64,000 nucleotides of DNA, taken from the NCBI GenBank assembly GCA_003344405.1, contig NOWV01000019.1, forward strand, positions 186,001 to 250,000, written 5' to 3'. This document shows, in pieces, positions 26,870-40,504 of this stretch. Under the pieces are notes generated by a model. That model had not been told where the DNA came from. It did not search any database and worked only from the letters and a program-made list of their open reading frames with translations. The position numbers and the translations under genes were made by a program. Within the stretch, counting starts at the first letter, position 1, and the number at the start of each line of letters is the position of its first letter. This stretch comes from Trichoplax sp. H2. Taxonomy: Eukaryota.

Positions 26870-27260
26870 GGAATAGAAAAGGTCAAAAGGAAGACGATCC
26901 TCCGGCAGCAATGGACGACGCTCAACGTCAACACCAATCAATGGTTCAATCAAGTGGAAAATAGCCTTACACGATCAACCCCAATTGTCTTGGCTGTATT
27001 ATACAGTCTTGGTCATGGCCATCAGGCTGTAAACGAAGACGATGAAGGAATGGATGGAAGAGGATCGGTTATTTCTTGGCCTCTTTTTGGTAGGGAATGA
27101 AAAAGGTCAAAAGGAAGACGATGTTCAACATCAACACCAATCAATGGTTGGATCAAGTAGAAAATAGCCTTACACGATCAACTCTAGTTGACTTGGCTGT
27201 ATTATACAGTCATGGTCATGGCCATAAGGCTTTAAACGAATAAGATGAAGGAATGGATGT
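26870..27260. repeat. Direct duplication, 2 copies, period ~225 bp
   Basis: AAAAGGTCAAAAGGAAGACGAT...TCAACACCAATCAATGGTT..ATCAAGT.GAAAATAGCCTTACACGATCAAC...CTTGGCTGTATTATACAGTC.TGGTCATGGCCAT is repeated. Confidence 0.88.
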
Positions 27261-27532
27261 GGAATTGGTGTAGAATGGATGCAATTTGGTGTGGAATGGA
27301 AGCAATTTGGGGGCAAAATAGTTTCCACTGTAGGCTGCTCCTTCTTCCCTTTTAGCTGGCGGTCTAGTGGTCCTTTCAAGTGTGCACAATAGTAGATGGA
27401 TACCGCGGATAGCGCCAGCGGTATCATGCGCAGTACAGATGGACGACCGTCCACTTGTAGTAGTCTGATGGTAGTGTAATTCCACTTTCTCTCTCTCTCT
27501 TCCTCTGCAAATCAATTCCATTTCCATCATTT

Positions 27533-28280
27533 GAAATGGAGAGAGAGACTTTCCCTCTATTCCAGATGGATATTCACTTAAATAGAGAGAGAAGCTTTCC
27601 CTCTATTCCCATTGGATATTCACTGAAAACGCTATTCAATCCGTAAAATCATACTTTGATTTGTTGCAGTGTTACAAGTCTGTATGCTGCAAACGTAGTG
27701 ACAAGTTGGCAGCAGAAAACTAACCTTGAAACGACAAGGTGATCATGGCAGAAAGCATCTTTCTCTACAAGAAATGGAGAGAGAAGCTTTCTGTCTATTC
27801 CAGTTGGATTTTCATTGAAAACGCTATTCAATCAGTAAAATTATACTTTGATTTGTTGTACTACTGCTGATGTAATGACAAGTTGGCAGCAGGAAACTAC
27901 CCATGTAACGACAAGGTTATCATGGCAGAAAGCATCTTTCTCTACAAATCTTATTCAACTGAAAAGAAATGGAGAAATGCTTTCCCTCCATTCCAGTTGC
28001 ATGTTGACAGAAAACGCTATTCTATCCGTAAAACTATACTCTGATTTGTTGCACTGTTGCAAGACGTAGCGATTCGTTGCCAACAGGAAACTACCCATGA
28101 AACTTCAAGGTGATCATGGCTGAAACCATCTTCCTTCACAAATCTTATTCAATATGAAGAAATAGAGAGAGATGCTTTCTCTCTATCTCAGTTGCATGTT
28201 CATTGAAAACCCAACCCAATCTACAACAGGATATTGGGATAGGCTGCACTCTTACAAGTTGTCAACAGAAAACGATCAGT
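27533..28280. repeat. Degenerate tandem repeat, ~190-bp units, 3-4 copies
   Basis: GAAATGGAGA.A..GCTTTC.CTCTATTCCAGTTG...AAAACGCTATTC.ATC.GTAAAA.TATACT.TGATTTGTTG...CAAGTTGGCAGCAG...GATCATGGCAGAAAGCATCTT recurs. Confidence 0.85.
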
Positions 28281-29159
28281 CAAACTACTAGGTTACAACA
28301 GCACAGTCTGCTAGAGAGCATCAGTCTCCCTCTCTATCCATGACAGTACTTGCAAATCAATTCTTATTGAATATGAAGATATTAAAAGATACGCTCTGAC
28401 TATTCTAATTTCACCTCATTGGAAAAGAATCATATTGAAATCCTGCAGGGTCTGCAATCCTATTTTGTTACAACACAAACGGCATTAACCTTGATATCAT
28501 CCATAAAGTCAAGCCCTACAATGCCAGCAACCACCACGACTACGGACAACTAATGCTATCCTACATTGACATGGACAAACTGGCCATCAATAAAAAAAGA
28601 CATTCAAGAAATCAATAGACTATCGAGGTGAAATAGAGTAATCGAAAATGACATGGGCTGCGAATGAAGTTTTGCGATCCAATTATCATCACCGCTTTTA
28701 TAATGATGAGGACTTGATCATGATTACTTTTAAATCGGCAAGTACTTCATGACCTTTATCCATTAAAATTACTTTACCCTTTCGTAATAAGAAGTCATCG
28801 AAAGAAGGATAGCCAGAGTTTGGATCTGGCATGCTAAAAAAGTTTGTGAATACGACTGTATTAGAAAGACGGATCATGATAACAGTAACAGCTTGTAAAG
28901 CATTCTTGCAGGATAATGATGCGCTTATGATTATCATTATAAACGTACAAGTAACGGCGGTGATTGTATCATGATCATGAACCAAGTAAAAAGTCTCAAA
29001 CTTTGATGGATGCCAACTTGATGGATGTGATTTTATCTCTCCAAACCCTCGAATTCAAAGCCGGTGTTATTCTAGCAACACTATTAAGTAGCATAGACAA
29101 AAAGTCTTCACAGCAAGACCTTGGTTTACTACATACGTACAATTATTCAGAAAAGAGCG

Positions 29160-29721
29160 GATAGAAAGAAATTGTGAAAAACTAAATCCGACGTTTGATA
29201 TTGTATCATTCTATCTCAATCAAGCCATGCCATAACAAATCATCCAAAAAGCACTTTCAAGCAACAGCTTTTGACAAGACCGAAATAAAGTGCAGATAGA
29301 GCAGATAGAGCAGATAGAAAGAAATAGTGAAAAACTAAATCCGACGTTTGATATTGTATCATTCTATCTCGATCAAGCCATGCCATAACAAATCATCCAA
29401 AAAGCACTTTCAAGCAACAGCTCTTTTGACAAGATCGAAATAAAGTGCAGACAGAAAGAAATAGTGAAAAATTAAATCCGACGTTTGATACTGTATCATT
29501 CTATCTCAATCTAGCCATGCCATAACAAATCATCCAAAAAGCACTTTCAAGCAACAGCTCTTTGACAAGATCGAAAGAAAGTGCAGATAGAAAGAAATAG
29601 TGAAAAACTAAATCCGACGTTTGATATTGTATCATTCTATCTCAATCAAGCCATGCCATAACAAATCATCCAAAAAGCACTTTCAAGCAACAGCTCTTTG
29701 ACAAGATCGAAATAAAGTGCA
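29160..29721. repeat. Minisatellite of 4 x ~136 bp, highly similar units
   Basis: GATAGAAAGAAAT.GTGAAAAACTAAATCCGACGTTTGATA.TGTATCATTCTATCTC.ATC.AGCCATGCCATAACAAATCATCCAAAAAGCACTTTCAAGCAACAGC..TTTGACAAGA.CGAAA.AAAGTGCA starts at ~29160, 29313, 29450 and 29586. Confidence 0.96.
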
Positions 29722-30709
29722 TTCATCATCCATTCATTGCTAATTTTAATCACTCCTCCAATCGATTCATTATTGCCATCATCAAGTCCTAGCAAAGACT
29801 ACGTCGTCCTTGAATGCGCGTATACTTCTACCCTACCACGATCAAATCGTTCCAAGTCTGATTTATCCATGAATTATTGAACAGACCTAGAACTGCATCA
29901 ATCTTGACTTGATGTGCAACGTATTTTCTTTCTTTACATTACAAGGACGAGTTATCCATCACGGATTTATTCTATCGTACGGTTGAAGGATGCACACAGA
30001 GATAGTCCATTTCTAATCGTCATAAGCATATGGGGCCCCCTAAAGCTATTCAATGATGATGTTGCTCTATCATCTACTTTAGTACATTATCGTGCTCCTC
30101 GTTGGCAACCAGTGTTTATCATTTGTCCTATACTTTTATGCCTAGATTGCTAACTCCAGCTAAGAGTAGAATGCAGAATGGGCATCATTTTGCTGATGGT
30201 CATAGGGCGCTGATGTCAACATCGCCCTAATAACAACCAACATGATTGCAGTTTATATCAATTAACGGGACGCTTACCGTTAACAAGTTTGTTGGTGATA
30301 ATCCAAGATAGCGATGGCGCTTATCGTCAAATGGATGGATATTGATCTAGGTACGAGTTGGTTGGATTGGCAATAGTTTCAATCAATTCGCTAGGCCTGC
30401 TAGTACATTCTCCAATAGCGCAAAAGGTTGGAAAACTCAAGTGAATTCCACCTGATGATAATGGGTTGATTTTATTTTGACTTTATGTAAATAACCGGCG
30501 GGGAGGAGAATCAACTCATTACAATTCATGATATGCATCCTGTTATTCCTCTCTACACATAGACTATCGTCGATGCTGGTCTATAATGGCACTGTCATGA
30601 TGATAGTGTATAATGTACATAAATCACAGTGGAGTCGATTGCTGGTGACATTAGGCATACTCGATCACTCTATATTAGGCAGCGATAGTCGAATAACCCT
30701 CTATGTCTT

Positions 30710-32160
30710 ATGAGCAAGACAAGATGATAGCCAACCTTGTGTTGATTTACTTTTCAATCGACTATTCGTGATTCGATACTACCAATAACAAACACGATTT
30801 CAACGACAGTAAACATAAAAGTGCATCATGGTAGCACTTCTTATCATGACTAGCACCTACAGCGGTAGACTTTGCATACAACGATGGCTATACTATCCTT
30901 AAATAAAGCCAATTACAGTCATAGATTAACTCTACAATCTAGCAAGACACAATGAACAGCCAGAGGGCATGTTTATTAGCTTTGATAGACGATCGTAAAA
31001 TGTTATTCGTGGTTAGATACTACGGATAACAAGAACGATTTCAACGACAGTAAACATAAAAGTGTATCATGTTAGCACTTCTTATCATGACTTGCACCTA
31101 CAGCGGTAGACTTTGCATACCACGATGGCTATACTATTCTTAAATATAGCCAACTAGTCAACTACAGTAATAGATGAACTCTACAATCTAGCAAGACACA
31201 ATGAATAGCCAGAGGGCATGTTTATTAGCTTTGATTGACTATCGTAAAATCTTATTCGTGGTTAGATACTACGGATAACAAGAACGATTTCAACGACAGT
31301 AGACATAAAAGTGCATCATGATAGTACTTCTTATCATGACTTGCACCTACAGCGGTAGACTTTGCATACAACGATGGCTATACTATCCTTAAATATAGCC
31401 AACTACAGGAGTAGATGAACTCTACAATCTAGCAAGACACAATGATAGCCAGAGGGCATGTTTATTAGCTTTGATAGACTATCGTAAAATCTTATTCGTG
31501 GTTAGATACTACGGTAATAAACATGATTTCAACGACACAAACAGAAAAGTGCATCGGATGCATGATAGCATTTCGTATCGTGACTAGCACTTACAGAATA
31601 GAAGCAGCTACAGTAGTAGATTAACTCTACGATCTAGCAAAGATACAACGATAGCCAGAGGGCATATTTATTGGCTTTGATAGACTATCCTAAAACCTCA
31701 ATTTTATCCATGGGTAGATACTACGGATAACAAACACGATTTTAAGGACAGAAAACACAAAAGTGCATCGGATGCATGATAGCACTTCTTATCATGACTA
31801 GCACCACTTTTTATTCTGGGTTGCTTTCCCACAACATATATATATATGTATATGCAGTCGAGTTTAACTATAACGACTGCGGTAATTCCTAGACGTTACT
31901 AGTCTATCGTACATAACATCTACGACTTAGCAAGACACGATGATAGCCAAAGGACATGTTGATTAGCTCTGATAGTCTATCCTAAAGGCATATCCATGGT
32001 CAGATACTACGGATAAAAAAAGACAGTTTCAACTGCTGTAGACAATCGAGCACATTATAGCACTTCTTATCATCACTACCTACCACCTACAGCAATAAAC
32101 TAACGTATACAAGACACCATAATAGCCAAAGAACCTATTTATTGGCTTGGATTGATTATG
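30710..32160. repeat. Minisatellite of ~6 x 230-250 bp
   Basis: AGCAAGACACAATGA..AGCCAGAGGGCATGTTTATTAGCTTTGATAGACTATC...TAGATACTACGGATAACAA...GCACTTCTTATCATGACT.GCACCTACAGCGGTAGACTTTGCATAC recurs and is more diverged at the ends. Confidence 0.93.
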
Positions 32161-32612
32161 CCAATGCTTTCTGCAAAGCTAGTGCACTGCGTTGTAACAC
32201 TATTACACGAGAGGGAGAAAAAACACTGACGTAAACGAGCATATACTATCCTGTAGGATACGATGAGAGCATAATGAATACTATTACAAGGTCCTGCTAG
32301 GCACTTTCATGACTATCCTATTTAATACTTGTCATTTAATTAAGGCAATTCTGAAATATTTCCCTTCTTCAATTCCTTAGCACCGAGGTTGGCATGGCAC
32401 TTGGAAACAGTCAGTAACTGCTGGCGTAGTTGCCACACCTAGCAGCATGAAAACAGTGGAAAATAGCCTGTCATGCCTAGCATAGGTGATGGCAGTATAC
32501 TTTTATCTGATAGAGCGATGAGAGAGTTAAAGGGGCGACAACTTATTTTGCACAATATGCGGATTGTACTGCTAGTACGCAGACGTCAACATCAAGATAA
32601 ACTTGGTGGACT

Positions 32613-32626
32613 GTTGCTATGATACC
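32613..32626. promoter_or_regulatory. RFX X-box-like element upstream of EFHB
   Basis: GTTGCTATGATACC has one mismatch to GTHNYYATRRNAAC and lies ~290 bp upstream of the EFHB ATG. Confidence 0.55.
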
Positions 32627-32917
32627 AATCAACGAAGTTGTAGTATTCTCATCTGCAAAAGCTTGCAATGCGCTTTCAAGAATCCTATTCTACTTTATAG
32701 GTCTTAATTAATCCAGTATTGTTGTCATCAAATTTGACTTGGCGTTATAAATAAAATCATTTTGATATCTTGTTGCTAAACAAGACGATAGCCATTGAAT
32801 TATCATTTTCAGTCGTCGATCCTAACAATAGTTGATCAATCGAACGCAAGTTATCGACATCGGTCATTGCTACCTGTCTAAGCATAGGAAAACCAAAGTT
32901 TTGACTCTTCAACAAAC

Positions 32918-35900
32918 ATGCTAACCAACACTGGACGATTTAACGATCGATCACCGGGAATTAGACCGGTAAGTTAACATCTATTTCTTAAGCTGCAATC
33001 AAGTTTTCATGCTCCATTTTTGCATATCGCTAAGTCGATGAAGCTGGATGACCATGCTCATTTAGACTATCTTTTACACACCATTTTAAGTCAATGAAAA
33101 AAAAATGCAGCCCCTTTTAAAATAGTATTATAAGAAATGACCTATATCCGAGATGACTAAATTGGTAATCTTCCACTGATATTATCCATTCAAATTTTTA
33201 ATTTATAGGCTGGAATACTGGTAGCAGCTGGTGATACTATCCAAGATTGTATACCAAAGGATAACCGAGTGAGTTATCGCTATACTTTATACACCGTATA
33301 CAAGTAGATGATTGATAGAAAAATGAATCAATTTACCAAAATTAAACAAAAATAAAATTTAGTACCTTCTCAACAAGTGCCATACAGTACTTGAACTCAC
33401 TTCCATAATATTGCTATTTTAATCTGATAATGATACGCATAAGTAAAAATAATTCTTCATGTTTTAATCTTTCAATCAATCATGCAATGACGATAGCCTA
33501 CGACCCCAGAAAAAATAAAAACTTTCCGTCAAGCGATACTACCGGAAATTGGAAAGTCACGTACCAACAGAACGAAACTAGATTTGGTGCAACGTGCTGA
33601 AAAGATGAATCACGGCATACACACGTCATCTTCTGAATCGGTATAACCAAATTCTGAACAAATAAATAAGCAGTTTCGCATTACCACAACGCTATATACT
33701 ATCGAAACGATCAATTACAAAGCAATAATTCATCATAAAAATGATCATTAGTTGCCAGTGATAAATACGAATATAAAAATTTTAAATAATCATTTAATGA
33801 CGACTGAAAAAAATGAATGCGTATAAGCTTGTATACGATTAGACTGTATTAATATCGCAAATACTATTAACATTGATTCAAATAAATTGGATTGTCGCGT
33901 AGCTTACGATAAATTCAAACTGATAACCATTCTATGACCAACTAATATACCCAATATTATATTATACATTTGTAAAACCAAGGCTGCTGGTCTAGTTAAT
34001 CCTTATCCGCAACCTATCGTTCAACAAATACTACAATTCAGGAAAGAAGATCAAACTTATTTAAGTAGAAAGAAAGCACCTCTGGGTATATTTGCCAAAT
34101 ATTGAATACTACTACATTCATGACTCCATTTCTTAGGTGATATAAGTAATAATTTTCCACAGCACTTAATTGAATTTAATGCATTTATAGGTCATACTAC
34201 AAGAATAAAACCAGGCATGCCATCAGATCTTGACCCTGACTCAACAACTTTTGGCATTAAAGTTGTTAAAGGTATCTGAGCAAAAATTGTAAATCATTCC
34301 ATTAATTTTTGAAAAGTGTTAACAAATCCGAGTATCAATATTTCTGTAACTAATCATCGTTTATCCAGTACTAATTTTTGACTATTTTATGTAGACGAAT
34401 ATGCAAGCGATGCTGTCAATCCAAAAAAGTCCCCGAAGGAAGTTCAAGAAGAAAGTTTACAAAATCATGACATCTATCTTAGAAGTCATGAAGCGTATGA
34501 GCCTGGAGAGCAAAAGAAGCGTAACTACACCTATGAAAGTTATAATATCAATAAATGCTATGGTGTACCAACACCTCACAGCAATGCTGGAATTCATGTT
34601 GGAAAAGCTCTACATTGGATTACTGACAAGTAAGTAGATTTATGAAATTTTTTTACTTTGTTACTCAATGATTAATTATATCTGAACATGATCGTTTCAT
34701 GACAAATAGTAATAAAGGAACAAAAATTGTACCTAGCCGTGTTGAAGACTTTCATGAAAAGTTTCAGCCACAACTTGGAAAAGTCCATGATCCGTAAGCT
34801 ACTCAAACATTATTCTTAACTTACTGTAACAATTAGTAATTATAAATAACAATAGCTCTAAAAAATTTAATTTTCAATATACTATAGCATTTCTGATTCG
34901 ATGAAGGTTCCAGAAGATCATAAATTTGGAGTTATTGTTAAACAAGACGAATGCGGTAGGTAGAAAATTTCATCTGAAATTTGATGTTTTAAATAAATGA
35001 ACTTACTATGTAATCGGCTCTGAACAAGTTTAGATGCTGGTGATTTATTACATGGCAGAGGTCCTAAAGATTACTTAAGAGGAAAAGATAGACTGCGTGG
35101 AGTTGTTGCTGCAATTCGACGCCAATTAAAGGTTTCTAATTACTACAATTTTGAAAGTTTGAAATCAGCGTTCAATTTCTACGATAAGGTAAACTAAATA
35201 TAGCATGATAATTAAAACTGGATTCGAATTTTTTGGAGTTACTATAAGAATTTATTGTTTATTCGCTAATAATCTATTCTAGGATGGATCAGGTTCTATA
35301 GATAATGATGAAATGAGAGAAATCTGCATGAAATTCAACCTTCCAATTGAGCGAGAACTGATGGAGGAATTGATATATTACTGTGATGCTAATAATGATG
35401 GAGTTATTGATTACAATGAATTTGCTAATTTTTTAAATTGGCAAGATAATGATGTACCAGCTGTTAGTGCTCGTACCGCCATAATCGATAGTAAAGGTAA
35501 ATTAAGTCATTGATACTAAAATTGAGGATGTGGCACATGAGTAATATCGTTACTATGAAACGCTATAAGATTTCAATTTACAGCAGTCGCTTGATCTTAT
35601 AATTGAGATTAAAGACTTTAAACATTAGAAAGTATCTTTACTACGATACATCATATAATTTAATTTACGGCAGTTAATTGAAGATTTTACTATAACCAAA
35701 CATATTTACTACGGTTCATTGCAAGACTTTACTTGCGGCAGTTATTTGACTTTGTTACTAAAAAATTAAAGACTTTAAATATAACTAAACATATTTTACA
35801 ACGCTTCATCGTACGATTTTACTTGCGGCAGTTATTTGACTTTGTTACTAAAAATGAAAGACTTTAAAACATAATCAAATATATTTACGGCAGTATATCA

Positions 35901-36779
35901 TAAACTTTGTTTACAGTAGTAGCTGCTAGCTATTATATACATATTCTAAAACTTTTACCTAAAACTATACATGCATAAGCGACTAATACACATATTTTCT
36001 TCCTCTATAGCTAAAAATTCCGCATCGCCAGAGAATGTTTTTAAATTGCAAAAGCAAATTGATAAATCAGTTGTTGATATGAGATTATCATCTCAAGCGA
36101 TTAATGCAGCTGTCGGAACAGTTCCGACTACTGGTACGTCTTTGGAAAGAAATATTACAATTAAATACTCCAACTTTGTTTGTAATAAAAATCTTGCCTA
36201 TGCTTTTAATCTTTATGATAGATTGGCGAAAATATGGTGTACCAACTATTCGATCCGATCTACCAGCACCAAGAGTACGTCGAGTAGCAGATACACAGGT
36301 ACAACAAATATTACAACTGAAAATATGTGCACTGTATAATACCGAGTATGACATTAGTCATCTTTAATATGTTGATAAAACTTTTTTCCGCTTTAAATGA
36401 AATCTTTGAATTGACATAATTTGGATTAATTTATTGTAGAATTATGGAGACGAATCTGATGCGTATGGGTTGATATGCCCTTCCAACTTTAGTACCATTG
36501 GTGTATTCGAAAATGACTTTTTAGTACCTCGTTCACCTGACGAACTCAGAGATATTTTTGCAAACATTGGTTACAAATTATCAGATGAAGAATTTCAATA
36601 TATTTTGAATCAAGCATCCGCAATGAATTCTAATGGAAATGTAAGTATAATAAATTTATTATTAGCAAAAATTGATTATACCATTTATTTCTAAATCACA
36701 ATTTTATCGATCTTAGGTGAGCGTTGACAGCTTTAACAAGTGTCTAAGAGAATACCTGAAAATGAATAGCAGTCGTTGA
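32918..36779 (+). CDS. EFHB: EF-hand domain-containing family member B (ciliary protein), multi-exon
   Basis: Exons encode MLTNTGRFNDRSPGIRP, AGILVAAGD, PTTPEKIKTFR, AAGLVNP, YLSRKKAPLG, HDIYLRSHEAYEPGEQKKRNY, FQPQLGKVHDP, EF-hands FYDKDGSGSIDNDE and CDANNDGVIDYNEF, WRKYGVPTIRSDLPAPRVRRVADTQNYGDESDAYGLICPS and VSVDSFNKCL. Stop at 36777-36779. Confidence 0.92.
35640..35915. repeat. Intronic degenerate tandem repeat (~90 bp x ~3) in EFHB
   Basis: TTTACTTGCGGCAGTTATTTGACTTTGTTACTAAAAA..AAAGACTTTAAA is repeated at ~35728 and ~35818, with diverged flanking copies. Confidence 0.8.
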
Positions 36780-37954
36780 ATTCAAATCAAGAATTTTGAC
36801 GTACCGACTTTTTCTCTGCAATACATATAGGGTATTATTTTTTCGATGCTCGTTATGGCAACCCATTTTTAACGACACATTGATTAAATGTTGGTATATA
36901 TATATATATATTTATTAAAGTAAAGCGGCATACTGATCTCGATGGTGAAAATTGAATTTAATTTCCTAAACTTTGTCTTCACCAAACAATATCGTTTTCA
37001 AGACTGGCAAGCATCGATTTGGATGTTTCGCTATATATAGATACTTACTTTGCTAATATACTGTAGAATATTAAATTCATAGTGGCTATCTCCACATTTA
37101 AGTGTAGATGCATCTCAACTATGCGGTAGCTAAATACTGCTACAATATCTATAAATTGAAATCTTGCGGATCCATCCGATTAAATTCGCATTATTCAAAA
37201 ATGATTAATGTGATAAGAAATAAATTTACCAGGTAAATTAAGCACAGTGAGTGACTGAAATAATTAAACTATAGTTTTAAAAATGTACCAATAGAAAGTA
37301 AAATTGCTCTTTATCTCTATGTTAACATCATCAGAATTAATGTTTTACATTGCACGGTAGTTCTACATTATGATTGCATTTTAATAATATAGTAATCTTT
37401 CTATGATGATTCTATGATCTAAATCTTTCCTAATGGAAAATATCAGTTATCATAGGGAACATGGATAAAGATACAACAGTGTATTCAAAGCAAATTTGTA
37501 ACTTAATTTTGCACTTAACTGTACAATAAACGATTTATTATTTTAGATACTTAGAAATATGATTATACTTGTGAAGCCAATGCAATTAAATCGATGGTGA
37601 CTAAGGCTAATTACATAGATTTTTGATCAACCTTTAAGCAATAAAGGTTGAAAGAGTATCATAGCATAAAGAACTTGTGTTGGAGCAGAGTCAGTCAAAA
37701 TATTACAAAATAAGCTGATTATCTGGTAGTTATTGCACTATAAGTAAGTTCTATATAGCACAGTACCAAGGCACGGCAATTAACTTTAAGAATACAACTG
37801 ATTGAATAAAAAAGTGTTTACTATGTGCATAATTGCAAAATCCAGAAAGACGAATAAACAGATTATAAGCAGTGAGCCCGCCATCAGCATAATAATTGTT
37901 AGAAAATAATCCCTTAGTAGTGTACACTATCGTTTCAGTGTTCTAAGAATTATT

Positions 37955-40012
37955 TTAATCAGCTTTCTGTGACTTCTTTCCTTTTCTAGTTGCATTATTT
38001 TTGGATTTTTTCTCTGTAATAAATAATAACAACTTAATAGCAGAATGAGTCCACTGAACTGTCCTGTGCATTACAGTTACAGTAGATCATTTCTTAATTT
38101 GCAGCATTATTCCTAAGCTAATGGAAAATATATCCTCAAGTACTGTAGTAGTACAGTATCAATACAGTTGCATGAAAGCAATGTCTGCATTGCCAAGAAA
38201 TTAATTACTTATCAGTATTTATTATGCAGTCCGTGTATATGTATAAAAGAATTTTTACCACATCCACAGTTATTATTTATGCTATAGCGCTACATGTCTA
38301 ATTAGAAGATCTTGACTTTATAAATAACATGAATAATATTCTCTAATGAACAGAAGGAATTTTCTTATCATAGCTAGTGTGAAAAGTACAAGAGATCGAA
38401 TTTTGTACGTCTACCTAAGTCATTGCTGTTTACAGTTTATTGCAATTATTTTTCTTCCTTAAACCATGTTACGCATTGGCACAAATTGCACTTCACAATA
38501 CTAACACAGCTAATAAATTGGTATCTCTTTGCTACTATAATTTCTACTGCTACCATAAAAATATTTACTTCACAGCTGATACCACTAATACTTACTCTCT
38601 TTGGGTTTATCGCCTTGGTCTTGATCTTGTTTAATGTTCTGCAGCCGTTTTTCTAACATAGCAAAATGGTGTCATAGAATAAAAAATCCATTAAAGTTAT
38701 ATCTAATCTTTATCTAAGAATTCTATCCAAGTGTATAATCTTTTGAATCGAATAAGTGCCACAAATTAACGATGTGATGTAAGCCATACGTAATTCTGTT
38801 GCCTTCTATTGCTAGAATGCGTCTATTTTAATTCCTAATGTAAGGTATCTTCATATAGCAATAAGCTGTGATCATAATCTGTAGTAATAAGCAACATTCA
38901 ATGCAATTATGAAACTAATGAAAAAAGTCAAGTCGAACGACCTGATCCATACACTAGGTATTCCTAAATTACCCATGCATATTCATGTAACAATAAGCCA
39001 TAGCAATAAGCAACATTCAATGCGATTATGAAACTTATGAAAAAAGTCAAAAAGTCGAAGGACCTGATCCAAACAGTATGTATTGCCAAATTACCCATGC
39101 ATATTCATTTAGCAATAAGCTATAGCAATCAACAATAGTCGTATTTATTCAGTACATTCATGAAACTAATGAAAAATAGAAAGTCCAACGAGCTGATCCT
39201 TACAGTATGTATTTTATTGGTAAGATCTATCATTGTAGCTAAGCTTTTACATTCAGCAAATGTTGCAAATGAACGATGCGATATGATCACTTAGCCTACG
39301 TGTTGCTCGCTCGTAACTTACTCCAAATCATGTGTACAATATGCATCCAATATTGATTACAGTTATTAAAAGATATGAAAGGGAAAGGCAAGTTACCGCG
39401 TTTCTTCTTCTCTTTTTCATCTTTTTCAATTGCTTTCAAAAGGTAAAAAGCTAAGATTCCACTGATGATAAACATCGGGGTTAGCACAATCATGACTGAA
39501 AGAAATTGGATTTATCGACAATATTAATGCTATTAAAATATCCAGTCTACTGTATGTTGAAAATTGGTGTAGATGTAGTTGGTTGGAAAAAAAATCGCAT
39601 TGGTGATTTAACACAACAGACCATTCTACCGACTCTAACTTTTCAAACTCACTTTGTAATGTACAGCACTGTATTAGACTTGATGATAGTATTAGTAGTA
39701 TAGTGATACATTAATGATCAACCTTTCATCTATGCTTGCCAAGCAAGATGATCAAGCGATGGCCAATGGCCATACTTATGATCATTTGCGATGACATGAT
39801 GACATGGTGGCCATTGAGGCTACCGTCACCAACAAGCAAGTCAAACTCTACTATTCTTTTACCGTATTCAATTACTACAATCATTTCATTTCCTATTACA
39901 CATCAAGCATACCAGAAACTAAGAATTCGTATGGGTTTTTAGCTACCCAAAAGGCGAATTCATGAAAATTGTCGTATCCAAAATATTGAAAGATAGCGTC
40001 TAGGTACTCCAT
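37955..40012 (-). CDS. SMIM15: Small integral membrane protein 15 homologue, 4 coding exons, ~104 aa
   Basis: Exons 40012-39913, 39495-39397, 38652-38596 and 38013-37955 (all GT-AG, phase 1) give MEYLDAIFQYFGYDNFHEFAFWVAKNPYEFLVSVMIVLTPMFIISGILAFYLLKAIEKDEKEKKKREKRLQNIK...KAD*. This fits the SMIM15 pattern W.AK.PY.FL..V...LTP.F..S..L...L.K.IE..EKE.KK. Confidence 0.9.
38880..39215. repeat. Intronic tandem repeat (~120-135 bp x 3) in SMIM15 intron 2
   Basis: TAG.AATAAGCAACATTCAATGC.ATTATGAAACT.ATGAAAAAAGTC...AAGTCGAA.GACCTGATCCA...AAATTACCCATGCATATTCAT is repeated. Confidence 0.88.
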
Positions 40013-40504
40013 CTTGGCTGATTCTCAACTTGGTGGTTGGTGTTGTGTCCTGGTTGCCAGCCCTCGGAGACGACAGTAGTAACCAGAATTACGGTATCGT
40101 ACGCTACAGTCAAAAGTACGGTAGGTGGGAATGCATAGCCCATACTGTACACTGTACAGTGTCGTGTCCAGAGTGCAGTAAGTTAATACTGTACTGGAGC
40201 TACTGTATTAAGTATTGGAGCGCAGACGCCTGGACGTCTAGACGACATGTTGGAGACGGAAGTATCTTTTTCCATTCGAGTTCAATCACTCAAAGTATCT
40301 CCAGCGAGGAAATAAATCTAGTTGAGTAGATCAATACTGCACAGCTAGAGATGAAAAATGAAGAAACGTAATAAGGGCAAGGTTGTTGCTATGTATGTGG
40401 TAATCGGTAGTAGGTTTAATTTGCAAATACTGTACTGCATCTATATAGAACAGTGATCGTAGAATTCAAGACGATCTGATGTCTCCCATCTATTCTACGC
40501 ATAC

